Sequence record: SRR20825006_182 | Reading direction: 5' to 3' (one strand) | Length of the DNA stretch: 36,240 nt | In this document: positions 1-9,543 of the stretch, one piece after another | Layout of the letters: the number at the start of each line of letters is the position of its first letter | Position numbering within the stretch: position 1 is the first letter of the stretch | Position numbers and translations under genes: made by a program | The notes under the pieces: model-generated | Database searches by the model: none | The model's input: the letters and a program-made list of their open reading frames with translations, nothing else | Told to the model about the DNA's origin: nothing

Positions 1-1
1 C

Positions 2-442
2 ATCATGACCGATGCTGACGTCGACGGCGCCCATATTGCCACCCTCCTCATGACCTTTTTCTTCCAGGAGATGCCGCAACTTGTGAAAGACGGCAGGCTT
101 TATCTGGCGCTGCCCCCACTTTACCGCATCGCAAAAGGTGGCAAGGTAATTTACGCGCGGGATGACGCCCATAAAGACGAGTTGATGGCCACCGAGTTCG
201 CAGGCAAAGGCAAGATTGAGATCAGCCGGTTTAAGGGCCTTGGTGAGATGCCACCCGGCCAGCTCAAAGAGACCACCATGGCGCATAAGAACCGCACACT
301 ACTGCGCGTCACCCTGCCTTCAGAGTATGGCGACAGAGCCATCGTGAACCAGCTTGTTGACGACCTGATGGGCAAGAAGCCTGAAAAGCGCTTTGAATTT
401 ATTCGCGACAACGCCCCTGCGGTCGATGAGCTTGATATTTAG
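2..442 (+). CDS. parE: DNA topoisomerase IV subunit B, C-terminal part (5' end outside window)
   Basis: TOPRIM motif IMTDADVDGAHI, PPLY, RFKGLGEM and LMGKKPEKRFEFI. It lacks the long insertion that proteobacterial GyrB carries between PPLY and KGLGEM. Confidence 0.85.
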   Translation: MMTDADVDGAHIATLLMTFFFQEMPQLVKDGRLYLALPPLYRIAKGGKVIYARDDAHKDELMATEFAGKGKIEISRFKGLGEMPPGQLKETTMAHKNRTLLRVTLPSEYGDRAIVNQLVDDLMGKKPEKRFEFIRDNAPAVDELDI

Positions 443-1137
443 GCGCTTATAAGGGCGGCCAGAGCAGTAGTAAGCATTGCGGGTGCCTCAAGCGGTACCA
501 GATGACCACACTTTGGCACTTCAACATACCTGCAGTTCGGTAGACGCTTAGCCATTTCCTGCTGATGCGCGTGATCCGCCAAGGTGTCCTCCCGCCCGAA
601 CATCACCAGCGACGGTACCGCGATGTCACATAGGCTGGCTTCACGGCTGGTCCGTTCCATGATAGCCCGCTGCTGCCTGACCAGCACATCGGCGCCTAAA
701 TCCCGCGCCATTTCACGCACTAACGGTGCATGCCTCATCCGGTTATTCTCGCTCAAGGCGCTTTCAACATATCCATCAACAAAGGCTGTAAATTTACCGC
801 GGTCAGCAAGTTTGATCGCTTGCATGCGTTTCTTCCGCGCCTCAGTGCTATCAGCATGCGCATTGGTGCCGATGAGCGCCAGGTGGCTTATGCGGTGCGG
901 CACACGAGTGGCAATTTCAAGGGCAAGATACCCTCCCAATGAATTACCAACGATAGCAAACCGGTCCGGCATATTCTCGATTGCGCGGGCGGCCATATCC
1001 GCGAGATTATCATCTGCCTGGGTATCCGCCACTGATACTTCAACGCCTTCCGCGAAGTGATTGATCACGCTTTTATATAGCCGACTGTCACATAAAAGTG
1101 CCGGTAGTAAGAGAATTGCATCAGTATTAAAAGCCAT
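439..1137 (-). CDS. Alpha/beta fold hydrolase
   Basis: 232 aa. Nucleophile elbow GNSLGG, GREDT acid and GHLVPLE catalytic His. Convergent 4-bp overlap with parE. Confidence 0.85.
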   Translation of the reverse strand: MAFNTDAILLLPALLCDSRLYKSVINHFAEGVEVSVADTQADDNLADMAARAIENMPDRFAIVGNSLGGYLALEIATRVPHRISHLALIGTNAHADSTEARKKRMQAIKLADRGKFTAFVDGYVESALSENNRMRHAPLVREMARDLGADVLVRQQRAIMERTSREASLCDIAVPSLVMFGREDTLADHAHQQEMAKRLPNCRYVEVPKCGHLVPLEAPAMLTTALAALISA

Positions 1138-1153
1138 GAAGCCGTATCCCGCA

Positions 1154-1181
1154 TTGACATTGCGCCCTGTGCACCTATGCT
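1154..1181 (+). promoter_or_regulatory. Putative sigma70-type promoter of the DEAD-box helicase
   Basis: TTGACA (1154-1159), 16-nt spacer, TATGCT (1176-1181), about 40 nt before the start codon. Confidence 0.5.
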
Positions 1182-1219
1182 GCGCCCGAATTTGTAGCTT
1201 ATAAATTGGCAGGATGCGA

Positions 1220-2479
1220 ATGGGTTTCGACCTTTTAGGACTGAGTGAACCAACAATGAAAGCCGTGAATGAGGCTGGCTATACAGAGCCAACACCCATT
1301 CAGGCACAAGCAATTCCGCAGGTTTTGATGGGGCGGGACGTGCTTGGCATCGCCCAGACAGGTACGGGCAAAACGGCTTCCTTTACCCTGCCGCTCATCG
1401 ATATCCTTTCTGAAGGCCGCGCTCGGGCTCGTATGCCGCGCTGTCTGATCCTCGAGCCAACGCGCGAGCTTGCAGCTCAAGTTTCCGAAAGCTTTGAGAA
1501 ATATGGCAAAGGGCACAAGCTCACCATGGCGCTTCTCATTGGCGGCGTAAACTTTGCCGATCAGGAAAAGCTGCTGGATCGCGGTGTTGACGTGCTGATC
1601 GCAACACCTGGCCGGCTGCTTGACCATTTCGAGCGCGGCAAGCTGCTGCTCACCGGCATCGATATCCTCGTTGTTGATGAAGCCGACCGTATGCTCGACA
1701 TGGGCTTCATCCCGGATGTTGAAAAGATTTGTGAACGCATCACAAAAAATCACCAGACGCTTTTCTTCTCCGCGACCATGCCGCCACCAATTGAACGCCT
1801 TACCAAGCAGTTCCTTGATGACCCCCGCGTGATCGAGGTGGCAAAGCCCTCTTCCGCAGCGCAGACCATCGAGCAAAAAGTTCTGTTTGTTGGCCCCCGC
1901 GAAAAACGTGTGGCCCTTCGTAAGCTGCTGAAAGAAGAGCCTATTAAAAACGGCATCATCTTCTGTAACCGTAAGGTTGACGTAAAAGACGTGTATAATT
2001 CCCTCGCGCGTCACGGTTTCAACGTGGGCCAACTGCACGGTGATATGGAACAAAGCGAACGGCTTGAAGTTCTGCGCCAGTTCAAGGCAAATGAGCTTCA
2101 ACTGCTTTGCGCTTCTGATGTTGCTGCCCGTGGTCTGGACATTGCAGACGTTAGCCACGTGTTTAACTTCGACGTACCAAGCCACGCGGAAGACTATGTA
2201 CACCGGATCGGCCGTACTGGTCGTGCAGGCCGTAAAGGTAAAGCCTTCACCATCGCGACAACTGGCAAAAACGATACGAAGTTTCTTGATGCTATTGAGA
2301 AAATGCTCGGCAACAAGCTGCCCCGGCAAGAGAAGGTAGACCTGACGCCGCCAAAGCCGAAGGTTGCAGCTGACGACATGCCGAAAAAGCCATTTGTGGG
2401 CATGGGCCCTCATATGCCAGCCTTTCTTGCGCGCCCTGTAGACCTGAGCCGCAGCAAAAGCGACGAACCAATCGCTTAA
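1220..2479 (+). CDS. DEAD-box ATP-dependent RNA helicase (RhlE-like)
   Basis: Q motif PTPIQ, AQTGTGKT, PTRELA, TPGRL, DEAD, SAT, ARGLD and HRIGRTGR. Start at ATG 1220 (1214 is possible). Confidence 0.93.
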   Translation: MGFDLLGLSEPTMKAVNEAGYTEPTPIQAQAIPQVLMGRDVLGIAQTGTGKTASFTLPLIDILSEGRARARMPRCLILEPTRELAAQVSESFEKYGKGHKLTMALLIGGVNFADQEKLLDRGVDVLIATPGRLLDHFERGKLLLTGIDILVVDEADRMLDMGFIPDVEKICERITKNHQTLFFSATMPPPIERLTKQFLDDPRVIEVAKPSSAAQTIEQKVLFVGPREKRVALRKLLKEEPIKNGIIFCNRKVDVKDVYNSLARHGFNVGQLHGDMEQSERLEVLRQFKANELQLLCASDVAARGLDIADVSHVFNFDVPSHAEDYVHRIGRTGRAGRKGKAFTIATTGKNDTKFLDAIEKMLGNKLPRQEKVDLTPPKPKVAADDMPKKPFVGMGPHMPAFLARPVDLSRSKSDEPIA

Positions 2480-2564
2480 GATCTACTGATACACCTCGCG
2501 CACCTTGTCCCTGCCCCACTGGGCACTAGTTCATCAGGAATGGGACAAATGCGGGAGGAACCAC

Positions 2565-3353
2565 GTGTCAGAATTCAAAACGCTCATCTTGGAAATTGAA
2601 GACGGTCTGGCGATCATTCGACTGAACCGACCAGAACGACTTAACGCCCTGAGTGTAGCGTTGAAGCAAGAGCTTCTTGCGGCCATTCGCCAGATTGCCA
2701 AACCAGGCAGCGGCGTAAGAGCCCTGATGATCACCGGTGAAGGCCGCGCTTTCTGCTCCGGCGCAGATCTCGCGGAAGGTGGCATGAGCGCTGACCGTGA
2801 TATGGGCGCAAACCTCATTGAAACCTACCACCCCATCCTCCTTGAGCTCGTGGCCCTTGATATGCCGGTAATCTCTGCGGTAAACGGCGTGGCAGCGGGC
2901 GCCGGTATGAGCATCGCCATCTCTGCCGATATCGTGCTCGCCGCACGTTCCGCTTATTTCCTACAGGCTTTTGTCAACATCGGCTTGGTACCAGATGCAG
3001 GCAGCACCTACATCTTGCCTCGCCTGATCGGCAGTGCTCGCGCCCGCTCCATGATGATGCTCGGTGAACGTCTCCCTGCCGATAAAGCATTGGAGTGGGG
3101 CTTGGTCTATGACGTTGTGGATGACGACAAACTCGTAAGTGAAGCCCTCTCCCTCGGGAAACGTCTGGCAAGTGGCCCAACAATGGCCTTGTCTAGCATA
3201 CGCAAACTGCTCGCTGACAGTGAGAACAGCAGCTATAGCGAACAACTAACCGCAGAGGCCGCAGCGCAGCGAAAAGCCGGGCGTTCCGAGGACTGTATCG
3301 AAGGTGTCATGGCGTTTATCGAAAAACGTGAAGCCCGCTTTAAGGGCCACTGA
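2565..3353 (+). CDS. Enoyl-CoA hydratase/isomerase (crotonase family, PaaG-like)
   Basis: Motifs LNRPERLNAL, AFCSGADL, VNGVAAGAG and GLVPDAG. GTG at 2565 follows GGAGG (2554-2558), a better start than the track's 2505. Confidence 0.88.
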   Translation: MSEFKTLILEIEDGLAIIRLNRPERLNALSVALKQELLAAIRQIAKPGSGVRALMITGEGRAFCSGADLAEGGMSADRDMGANLIETYHPILLELVALDMPVISAVNGVAAGAGMSIAISADIVLAARSAYFLQAFVNIGLVPDAGSTYILPRLIGSARARSMMMLGERLPADKALEWGLVYDVVDDDKLVSEALSLGKRLASGPTMALSSIRKLLADSENSSYSEQLTAEAAAQRKAGRSEDCIEGVMAFIEKREARFKGH

Positions 3354-3473
3354 CCGGACATTTTGAGCCAATTCATATCGGGTGTCGCCAAATCGCCACT
3401 TTTCATTTCTATTCGGGGGCGTTACATAGAATGAATACTAACGAGAACATAACGGCAACAAAGGCATTCATTT

Positions 3474-4259
3474 GTGCGGAACCCCCTTGCATTAGTCGGC
3501 CAGATATTTCTGTCGGCCCTGGCAGAGATCGGCAAACTGTCCCGTTTTGCGGGAACGGCTATCTACAGCCTTGCCATGCCGCCCATATATTGGCGTCATA
3601 TCCTCAAACAGATGTGGCTTATCGGCTACAATAGCCTCCCTGTTGTTGGCCTCACGGCACTTTTCACAGGCGCCGCGCTCGCGCAGCAAATTTATGTGGG
3701 TGGAAGCCGATTTAACGCCGCTTCTGTGGTGCCCGGTGTTGTGGTTATCGCAATCGTGCGTGAGCTTGGTCCCGTACTTGGCGGCCTTATGGTTGCTGGC
3801 CGCGTTTCTAGCGCCATGGCGGCCGAGCTTGGGACCATGCGTGTGACAGAGCAGATCGATGCGTTGGTGACCCTCTCAACCGACCCGTTCAAATACCTCA
3901 TCGCGCCTCGCCTTGTTGCTGCGGTGATCACCCTGCCCATCCTCGTGATAATTGCGAATATCATCGGTGTGCTCGGTGGCTTTCTGATTGGTACAGAGAG
4001 GCTGGACCTCAACGCAGCGACCTATCTGCAAGTGACAGCAGACTTTCTGGAACAGACAGATGTGATCTCATCCCTTGTTAAAGCCGCGGTTTTCGGCTTT
4101 TTCATTGCGCTGATGGGCAGCTACCACGGCTACCATAGCCGAGGCGGCGCACAGGGCGTAGGAAAAGCAACCACCAACGCGGTCGTCTCCGCCTTCATCA
4201 CCATCTTGCTCGCGAACCTTATCATCACTGTGATCGTGTTTGGGGGGCGTGTGGCATGA
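3474..4259 (+). CDS. mlaE: MlaE-family ABC transporter permease
   Basis: RELGPV, AELGTMRVTEQIDAL and GGAQGVGKATT motifs; multiple hydrophobic segments. Confidence 0.9.
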   Translation: MRNPLALVGQIFLSALAEIGKLSRFAGTAIYSLAMPPIYWRHILKQMWLIGYNSLPVVGLTALFTGAALAQQIYVGGSRFNAASVVPGVVVIAIVRELGPVLGGLMVAGRVSSAMAAELGTMRVTEQIDALVTLSTDPFKYLIAPRLVAAVITLPILVIIANIIGVLGGFLIGTERLDLNAATYLQVTADFLEQTDVISSLVKAAVFGFFIALMGSYHGYHSRGGAQGVGKATTNAVVSAFITILLANLIITVIVFGGRVA

Positions 4260-5032
4260 GTGGCTCTCCTATGATTCAGTTGGAAGACGTTCACAAAGGC
4301 TTCGGTGCCAAACAAGTGCTCAAGGGCATTGATCTCACGGTTACCAAAGGCCAGTCCGTTGTTATCATCGGCGGCTCAGGCACCGGGAAATCCGTCATGC
4401 TCAAATGTATTCTGGGCCTGTTGGAGCCTGATACAGGCACCATTCACGTGGACGGCAAGAATGTCACGCATCTTAAAGGTCGCGCCCGCAAGGAAGTTTT
4501 GACCAAATTTGGCATGCTTTTCCAGGGTGCCGCGTTGTTTGATAGCCTGCCAGTATGGGAAAATGTGGCCTTTGGCCTCATCCAGGGTAAAGGCATGAAC
4601 AAGCGCGATGCCCGCGAGATCGCGACCGAGAAACTGCGCCGTGTGGGCTTGTCGCCGGATGTGGGGCTATTATCCCCCGCAGAGCTCTCGGGTGGTATGC
4701 AGAAGCGTGTTGGCCTTGCCCGCGCTATCGCGAGCGAGCCGGAAATCATCTTTTTTGACGAGCCAACCACGGGCCTAGACCCCATTATGGCTGATGTGAT
4801 CAACGACCTTATCGTTGAATGTGTGCAAGACCTTGGTGCCACAACACTTTCCATCACTCATGACATGGCCAGCGCCCGCAAGATCGCAGACCGGATAGCC
4901 ATGCTCTATCACGGGCAGATTATCTGGGAAGGCGCCAAAGATGAAATCGACCATTCAGGCAACGAGCATGTCGATCAGTTCATCAATGGCCGTGCACAAG
5001 GCCCGATCGAGATGGAAATACTGAAACTCTGA
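4256..5032 (+). CDS. mlaF: MlaF-family ABC transporter ATP-binding protein
   Basis: Walker A GGSGTGKS, LFQGAALFDS, LSGGMQKR, DEPTTGLDP and ITHD. ATGA overlap with mlaE. Confidence 0.9.
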   Translation: MSGSPMIQLEDVHKGFGAKQVLKGIDLTVTKGQSVVIIGGSGTGKSVMLKCILGLLEPDTGTIHVDGKNVTHLKGRARKEVLTKFGMLFQGAALFDSLPVWENVAFGLIQGKGMNKRDAREIATEKLRRVGLSPDVGLLSPAELSGGMQKRVGLARAIASEPEIIFFDEPTTGLDPIMADVINDLIVECVQDLGATTLSITHDMASARKIADRIAMLYHGQIIWEGAKDEIDHSGNEHVDQFINGRAQGPIEMEILKL

Positions 5033-6402
5033 TGGCCAAGAAGCTCACATCATATGTTTGCACCGCCTGTGGCGCGGCCTATGTTCGCTGGCAAGGCAAG
5101 TGCGAGGAATGTGGTGGCTGGAATACGCTATCAGAGGAGAAAGCAGCTGTTTCCGGCGTGCCCAAAGGCCTATCTGGCAAAAAAGGCAGCCGCGTTTCCT
5201 TCGTATCGCTCGATACACCGCTCGATGAAGCTCCTCGCCTCCTGACCGGCATTGCGGAGTTTGACCGCGCGCTTGGCGGCGGTCTGGTACCCGGGAGCGC
5301 AATCCTGATTGGCGGTGACCCGGGTATCGGCAAATCTACCATCCTTTTGCAGGCCATGGGCAAAATGGCCCTCAAGGGCGAAGACTGTGTCTATATCTCT
5401 GGCGAGGAAGCAACCGCACAGATTCAGATGCGTGCAAATCGCCTAGGCCTCAAGGGCGCGCCGCTTAAGCTCGGCTGCGAAACCAGCCTTCGCGATATTC
5501 TGACCACGTTGGACGAAGGCAAGCCGCCCCGCGTTGTGGTTATTGATAGTATCCAGACGCTATTTGCAGACCATGTTGAATCTGCGCCAGGCACCGTCAG
5601 TCAGGTTCGCGTGTGCGCGCACGAACTCATCAGCTTCGCAAAACGCAAAGGCACCATCGTGCTGTTGGTCGGTCACGTTACCAAGGACGGCCAAATTGCC
5701 GGACCGCGTGTTTTGGAGCATATGGTTGATACGGTGCTTTATTTTGAAGGCGACCGCGGCCACCAGTTCCGCATTCTGCGCGCCGTGAAAAATCGCTTTG
5801 GCGGCACCGACGAGATTGGTGTGTTTGAGATGACTGGCGCCGGGCTCAATGAGGTCACAAACCCTTCTGCGCTTTTCCTCGCGGATCACAATGCCCGAGA
5901 ACCCGGTTCTGCAGTCTTTGCAGGCATTGAAGGTTCCCGCCCCGTCCTTGTAGAAATTCAGGCCCTTGTGGCACGCTCAAGCGCCGCCAACCCTCGCCGT
6001 GCGGTCGTTGGCTGGGATGGCGGCCGCCTTGCCATGGTACTTGCCGTATTAGATGCGCGCGCAGGGCTGGGCCTGGCCGGGTGCGATGTCTATCTCAATG
6101 TAGCAGGCGGCCTCAAGATCACCGAACCCGCTGCAGACCTTGCGGTTGCAGCTGCGCTGATCTCGAGCCTTTCCCAAACACCTGTGCCTGATGAAACCGT
6201 CGTGTTTGGTGAAATCAGCCTCTCAGGCGACGTGCGTAACGTCTCGCAGACAGAGGCGCGACTGAAAGAATCTGCAAAACTTGGCTTTACTGGTGCCCTC
6301 ACACCAAAAGTGAAGAAAAACCCGGTCAAAACAATCAAACAACAAACCATCGCCCGTGTCGGAGACCTGGTTGCACAGTTTTTCCCCCATGGGTTACCCT
6401 AA
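5032..6402 (+). CDS. radA: DNA repair protein RadA/Sms
   Basis: N-terminal C4 zinc finger (CTAC..CEEC), GGDPGIGKST, KNRFG motif and Lon-like C-terminal domain. Confidence 0.96.
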   Translation: MAKKLTSYVCTACGAAYVRWQGKCEECGGWNTLSEEKAAVSGVPKGLSGKKGSRVSFVSLDTPLDEAPRLLTGIAEFDRALGGGLVPGSAILIGGDPGIGKSTILLQAMGKMALKGEDCVYISGEEATAQIQMRANRLGLKGAPLKLGCETSLRDILTTLDEGKPPRVVVIDSIQTLFADHVESAPGTVSQVRVCAHELISFAKRKGTIVLLVGHVTKDGQIAGPRVLEHMVDTVLYFEGDRGHQFRILRAVKNRFGGTDEIGVFEMTGAGLNEVTNPSALFLADHNAREPGSAVFAGIEGSRPVLVEIQALVARSSAANPRRAVVGWDGGRLAMVLAVLDARAGLGLAGCDVYLNVAGGLKITEPAADLAVAAALISSLSQTPVPDETVVFGEISLSGDVRNVSQTEARLKESAKLGFTGALTPKVKKNPVKTIKQQTIARVGDLVAQFFPHGLP

Positions 6403-6491
6403 GCCACTATAGTATTTGATATGTGATTTGCCTTATAATTGGCGAATTGACGCCCCATATCTGAAGTTGAAAAGCCTAAGGAGTGACGTGA

Positions 6492-7169
6492 GTGAACTTG
6501 TCGAGCAATACGCTAACAGCCTTTGATGCTGCGGTGCTGATCATCATTGGCCTGTCGACACTGTTCGCATTTGGCCGAGGCTTCGCCACAGTGGCCCTGT
6601 CTTTTGGCGCCTGGGCAGGCGCTTTGCTTGCAACTGTGTTCGGGTTTGAACTTGCCAAGTCCTACGGCCGCGACATTATCAGCCCACCAGAGCTTGCTGA
6701 CCTCATCACCCTCGCTGTTATCTTCTTCGTCACCCTTTTTGTGCTCAAACAGGTTGCCGAGTTTATTGGCGGCATGGTGAAAGACAGCCCCGTCGGTCTG
6801 CTGGACCGTTCACTTGGGGCATTGTTTGGCCTATTGCGCGGCGTTGTTATTGTTTCCGTCATTTATCTCGGTTTCGACAAACTCTTCCCGTCTTCTAGCC
6901 AGCCTGACTGGATCAAGGAGGCGCGTCTGAAGCCGCTTGTTGCCTGGTCAGCCGGTATGATCGAAGGTTTTGCGGGTGAGGCCATGGGCAAAGACCCCAC
7001 CGGGGTTGGCAGCGACTATCTACAAAAAGCAGCCGATTCTGTGCCAAGCCAGTTCATCAATGAAAAGCTTGAAGAACAGGCCGCCAAATATATTGAGGAA
7101 CAACGCGACCAGCTTGACGACCTCGTTGGCGAGCTCGCGAAAGAGAAAAAGAAGAATGACGGAAACTGA
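6492..7169 (+). CDS. cvpA: CvpA (colicin V production) family membrane protein
   Basis: RGF and DRSLGALFGLLRG motifs; about 4 TM helices. Canonical position between radA and purF. GTG start after AAGGAG. Confidence 0.88.
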   Translation: MNLSSNTLTAFDAAVLIIIGLSTLFAFGRGFATVALSFGAWAGALLATVFGFELAKSYGRDIISPPELADLITLAVIFFVTLFVLKQVAEFIGGMVKDSPVGLLDRSLGALFGLLRGVVIVSVIYLGFDKLFPSSSQPDWIKEARLKPLVAWSAGMIEGFAGEAMGKDPTGVGSDYLQKAADSVPSQFINEKLEEQAAKYIEEQRDQLDDLVGELAKEKKKNDGN

Positions 7170-7298
7170 CACCACTTAGCTGTGTCTTTTTACCGCAATA
7201 TTTCTGTAATTCTGAATTATCCCTAGGCAGCGAGGCCATCAGGCGATATACGGGGCGGGCAACATCACCTTTGCGCCCCGTTTATGCAGGAATGACGA

Positions 7299-8780
7299 AT
7301 GACAACAGAGCATCCGGATTTCACCACCAATCCATTTGATGACGACAAATTACGCGAAGAATGCGGCGTTTTTGGCATCTTCGGCACCCCAGATGCCACG
7401 GCACACTGTACGCTCGGGCTACACGCCCTGCAGCACCGCGGCCAAGAAGCCGCCGGCATTACAGCTTTTGATGGCGAAAACTTCTCTACCAAACGCGTTC
7501 TTGGCCATGTTGCCGATAACTTTACCAGCAAAGAAGTGATCGAGAGCCTGCCTGGCCACGCAGCCATCGGCCACACACGCTACTCAACAACAGGTGACAC
7601 GGTCCTCCGGAACTGCCAGCCTTTGTTCGCAGAGTTTTCATCCGGCGGTTTTGCCGTTGCCCACAACGGTAACCTCACCAACGCAGCGCACCTCCGAAAA
7701 TCGCTGGTGCAGCGCGGCTCTATCTTCCAAAGCACGTCAGATTCAGAGGTGATTATTCACCTTATCGCCATGAGCCGCTACCGCACACTGATGGACCGCT
7801 TTATTGATGCGCTCCGTCAGATTGAAGGTGCCTATTCGCTTGTGTCACTCACCAAAGAAGGCCTTGTTGGTGTGCGAGACCCGATGGGTGTTCGCCCGCT
7901 CGTGCTTGGCAAACTCGATGACGCCTATATCATGTGCTCGGAAACCTGTGCACTTGATATCATTGGCGCGGATTATGTGCGTGATATTGAACCCGGCGAG
8001 CTTGTGGTTATCACAGAAGAAGGCATCACGAGCCACAAACCTTTTCCTGAGGAAAAGCCGCGCCCTTGCATCTTTGAGCATGTCTATTTCGCGCGCCCGG
8101 ATAGCTATATGGACAGCATGAACGTCTATGAAGTTCGCAAGCGCATTGGTGCGGAACTGGCCCGCGAAAACGGGATTGATGCTGACCTCGTGATCCCCGT
8201 GCCGGATAGTGGCACACCTGCTGCGATCGGTTACGCGCAGGAAAGTGGCATCCCATTTGAGCTCGGCATCATTCGTAACCACTATGTGGGCCGTACGTTC
8301 ATTGAGCCAAGCGACCAAATTCGCCACTTTGGAGTGAAGCTGAAGCACAACGCCAACCGGTGGCACATTCAGGGTAAGCGTATCATCCTGGTTGACGACA
8401 GTATCGTACGCGGCACTACGTCCATGAAGATCGTGAATATGATGCGGGAGGCCGGGGCCACTGAGGTGCATATGCGCATTGCATCACCACCAACGGCACA
8501 TAGCTGCTTTTATGGTGTTGATACACCGGAGCGGAAGAAGCTTCTCGCGGCCCGCATGGACATTGACGCCATGCGCGAGCATATCGGCGCAGATTCTCTG
8601 GCGTTTCTCTCAATTGACGGCCTGTATCACGCGGTAAACCAGCCCAATGGGCGGGACAATAAATGCCCGGCCTACTGCGACGCCTGCTTTACCGGTGACT
8701 ATCCGACCGTGTTGACTGACCAGTCTGAAGCTGAAAAAGACGACAACCAACTCGACCTCATCGCGTCTACAGGGGCTTAA
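7299..8780 (+). CDS. purF: Amidophosphoribosyltransferase
   Basis: Propeptide followed by CGVFG, QHRGQE, GHTRYST, PRPP site VDDSIVRGTT and C-terminal CDACF. Confidence 0.97.
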   Translation: MTTEHPDFTTNPFDDDKLREECGVFGIFGTPDATAHCTLGLHALQHRGQEAAGITAFDGENFSTKRVLGHVADNFTSKEVIESLPGHAAIGHTRYSTTGDTVLRNCQPLFAEFSSGGFAVAHNGNLTNAAHLRKSLVQRGSIFQSTSDSEVIIHLIAMSRYRTLMDRFIDALRQIEGAYSLVSLTKEGLVGVRDPMGVRPLVLGKLDDAYIMCSETCALDIIGADYVRDIEPGELVVITEEGITSHKPFPEEKPRPCIFEHVYFARPDSYMDSMNVYEVRKRIGAELARENGIDADLVIPVPDSGTPAAIGYAQESGIPFELGIIRNHYVGRTFIEPSDQIRHFGVKLKHNANRWHIQGKRIILVDDSIVRGTTSMKIVNMMREAGATEVHMRIASPPTAHSCFYGVDTPERKKLLAARMDIDAMREHIGADSLAFLSIDGLYHAVNQPNGRDNKCPAYCDACFTGDYPTVLTDQSEAEKDDNQLDLIASTGA

Positions 8781-8783
8781 TCT

Positions 8784-9521
8784 ATGAGTAAAATTCTTGA
8801 AGGGCGCCGGGCGCTAATCACCGGTGCATCCCGCGGTATTGGAAAAGCAGTTGCGCTCGCACTCGCCGACGCCGGTGCTGATATTATCGCCATTGCCCGC
8901 GCGCGCAGCCAAGGCGCCCTTGAAGAACTGGATGATGCTATCAAAGCCAAAGGCCGGAGCTGTACGCTTGTGCCGATGGACCTTAGGGATGGCGACGCAA
9001 TCGACCGGCTTGGCGGTGCTATTTTTGAGCGTTGGGGGAAATTGGATATCCTGATTGGCAGCGCGGCTGTTCTCGGCCCCATCTCTCCACTCGGACACGT
9101 CACCGTAAAAGACTGGGCCGAGCTGATGGACATCAACGTGACAGCCAATTGGCGGCTGATCAGGTCCATGGATCCACTTCTCAAGCAGTCCGATGCCGGG
9201 CGCGCCATTTTCGTAACTTCAGGCGCTGCGGGTAAACACAAACCTCACTGGGGCGGCTATGCAGTTACCAAAGCAGCACTTGAAGAACTCGCCTTAACCT
9301 ATTCTGCTGAAAATAGAATATCAAACATTAGGGTCAACATGATTGACCCTGGCCCGATTGCCACGCACATGCGTGCCCGTGCGGTGCCCGGCGAAGATGC
9401 CAGCAAGCTTCCCCTGCCAGCAGACATTGCGCCCCTGTTTGTTGAGCTCGCTTCTCCAGCGTGCGAGAAATCCGGCGAACGCATCAGTTTCTATGACTGG
9501 GCAGGCATTAAACGCACCTGA
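8784..9521 (+). CDS. Short-chain dehydrogenase/reductase (YciK-like)
   Basis: TGASRGIG Rossmann motif and YAVTK catalytic motif. Confidence 0.88.
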   Translation: MSKILEGRRALITGASRGIGKAVALALADAGADIIAIARARSQGALEELDDAIKAKGRSCTLVPMDLRDGDAIDRLGGAIFERWGKLDILIGSAAVLGPISPLGHVTVKDWAELMDINVTANWRLIRSMDPLLKQSDAGRAIFVTSGAAGKHKPHWGGYAVTKAALEELALTYSAENRISNIRVNMIDPGPIATHMRARAVPGEDASKLPLPADIAPLFVELASPACEKSGERISFYDWAGIKRT

Positions 9522-9543
9522 GCATCGCGCCGCTTTGCTCGGG

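Noticed and set aside
1235-2413. 392-aa antisense ORF opposite the DEAD-box helicase
   Set aside because: It mirrors a highly conserved gene and has no recognisable motifs. Long antisense frames are an expected by-product of codon bias.
3474-5032. mlaE-mlaF without mlaD as an incomplete transporter
   Set aside because: As far as I recall, mlaEF directly upstream of radA with mlaD elsewhere is a common alphaproteobacterial arrangement.
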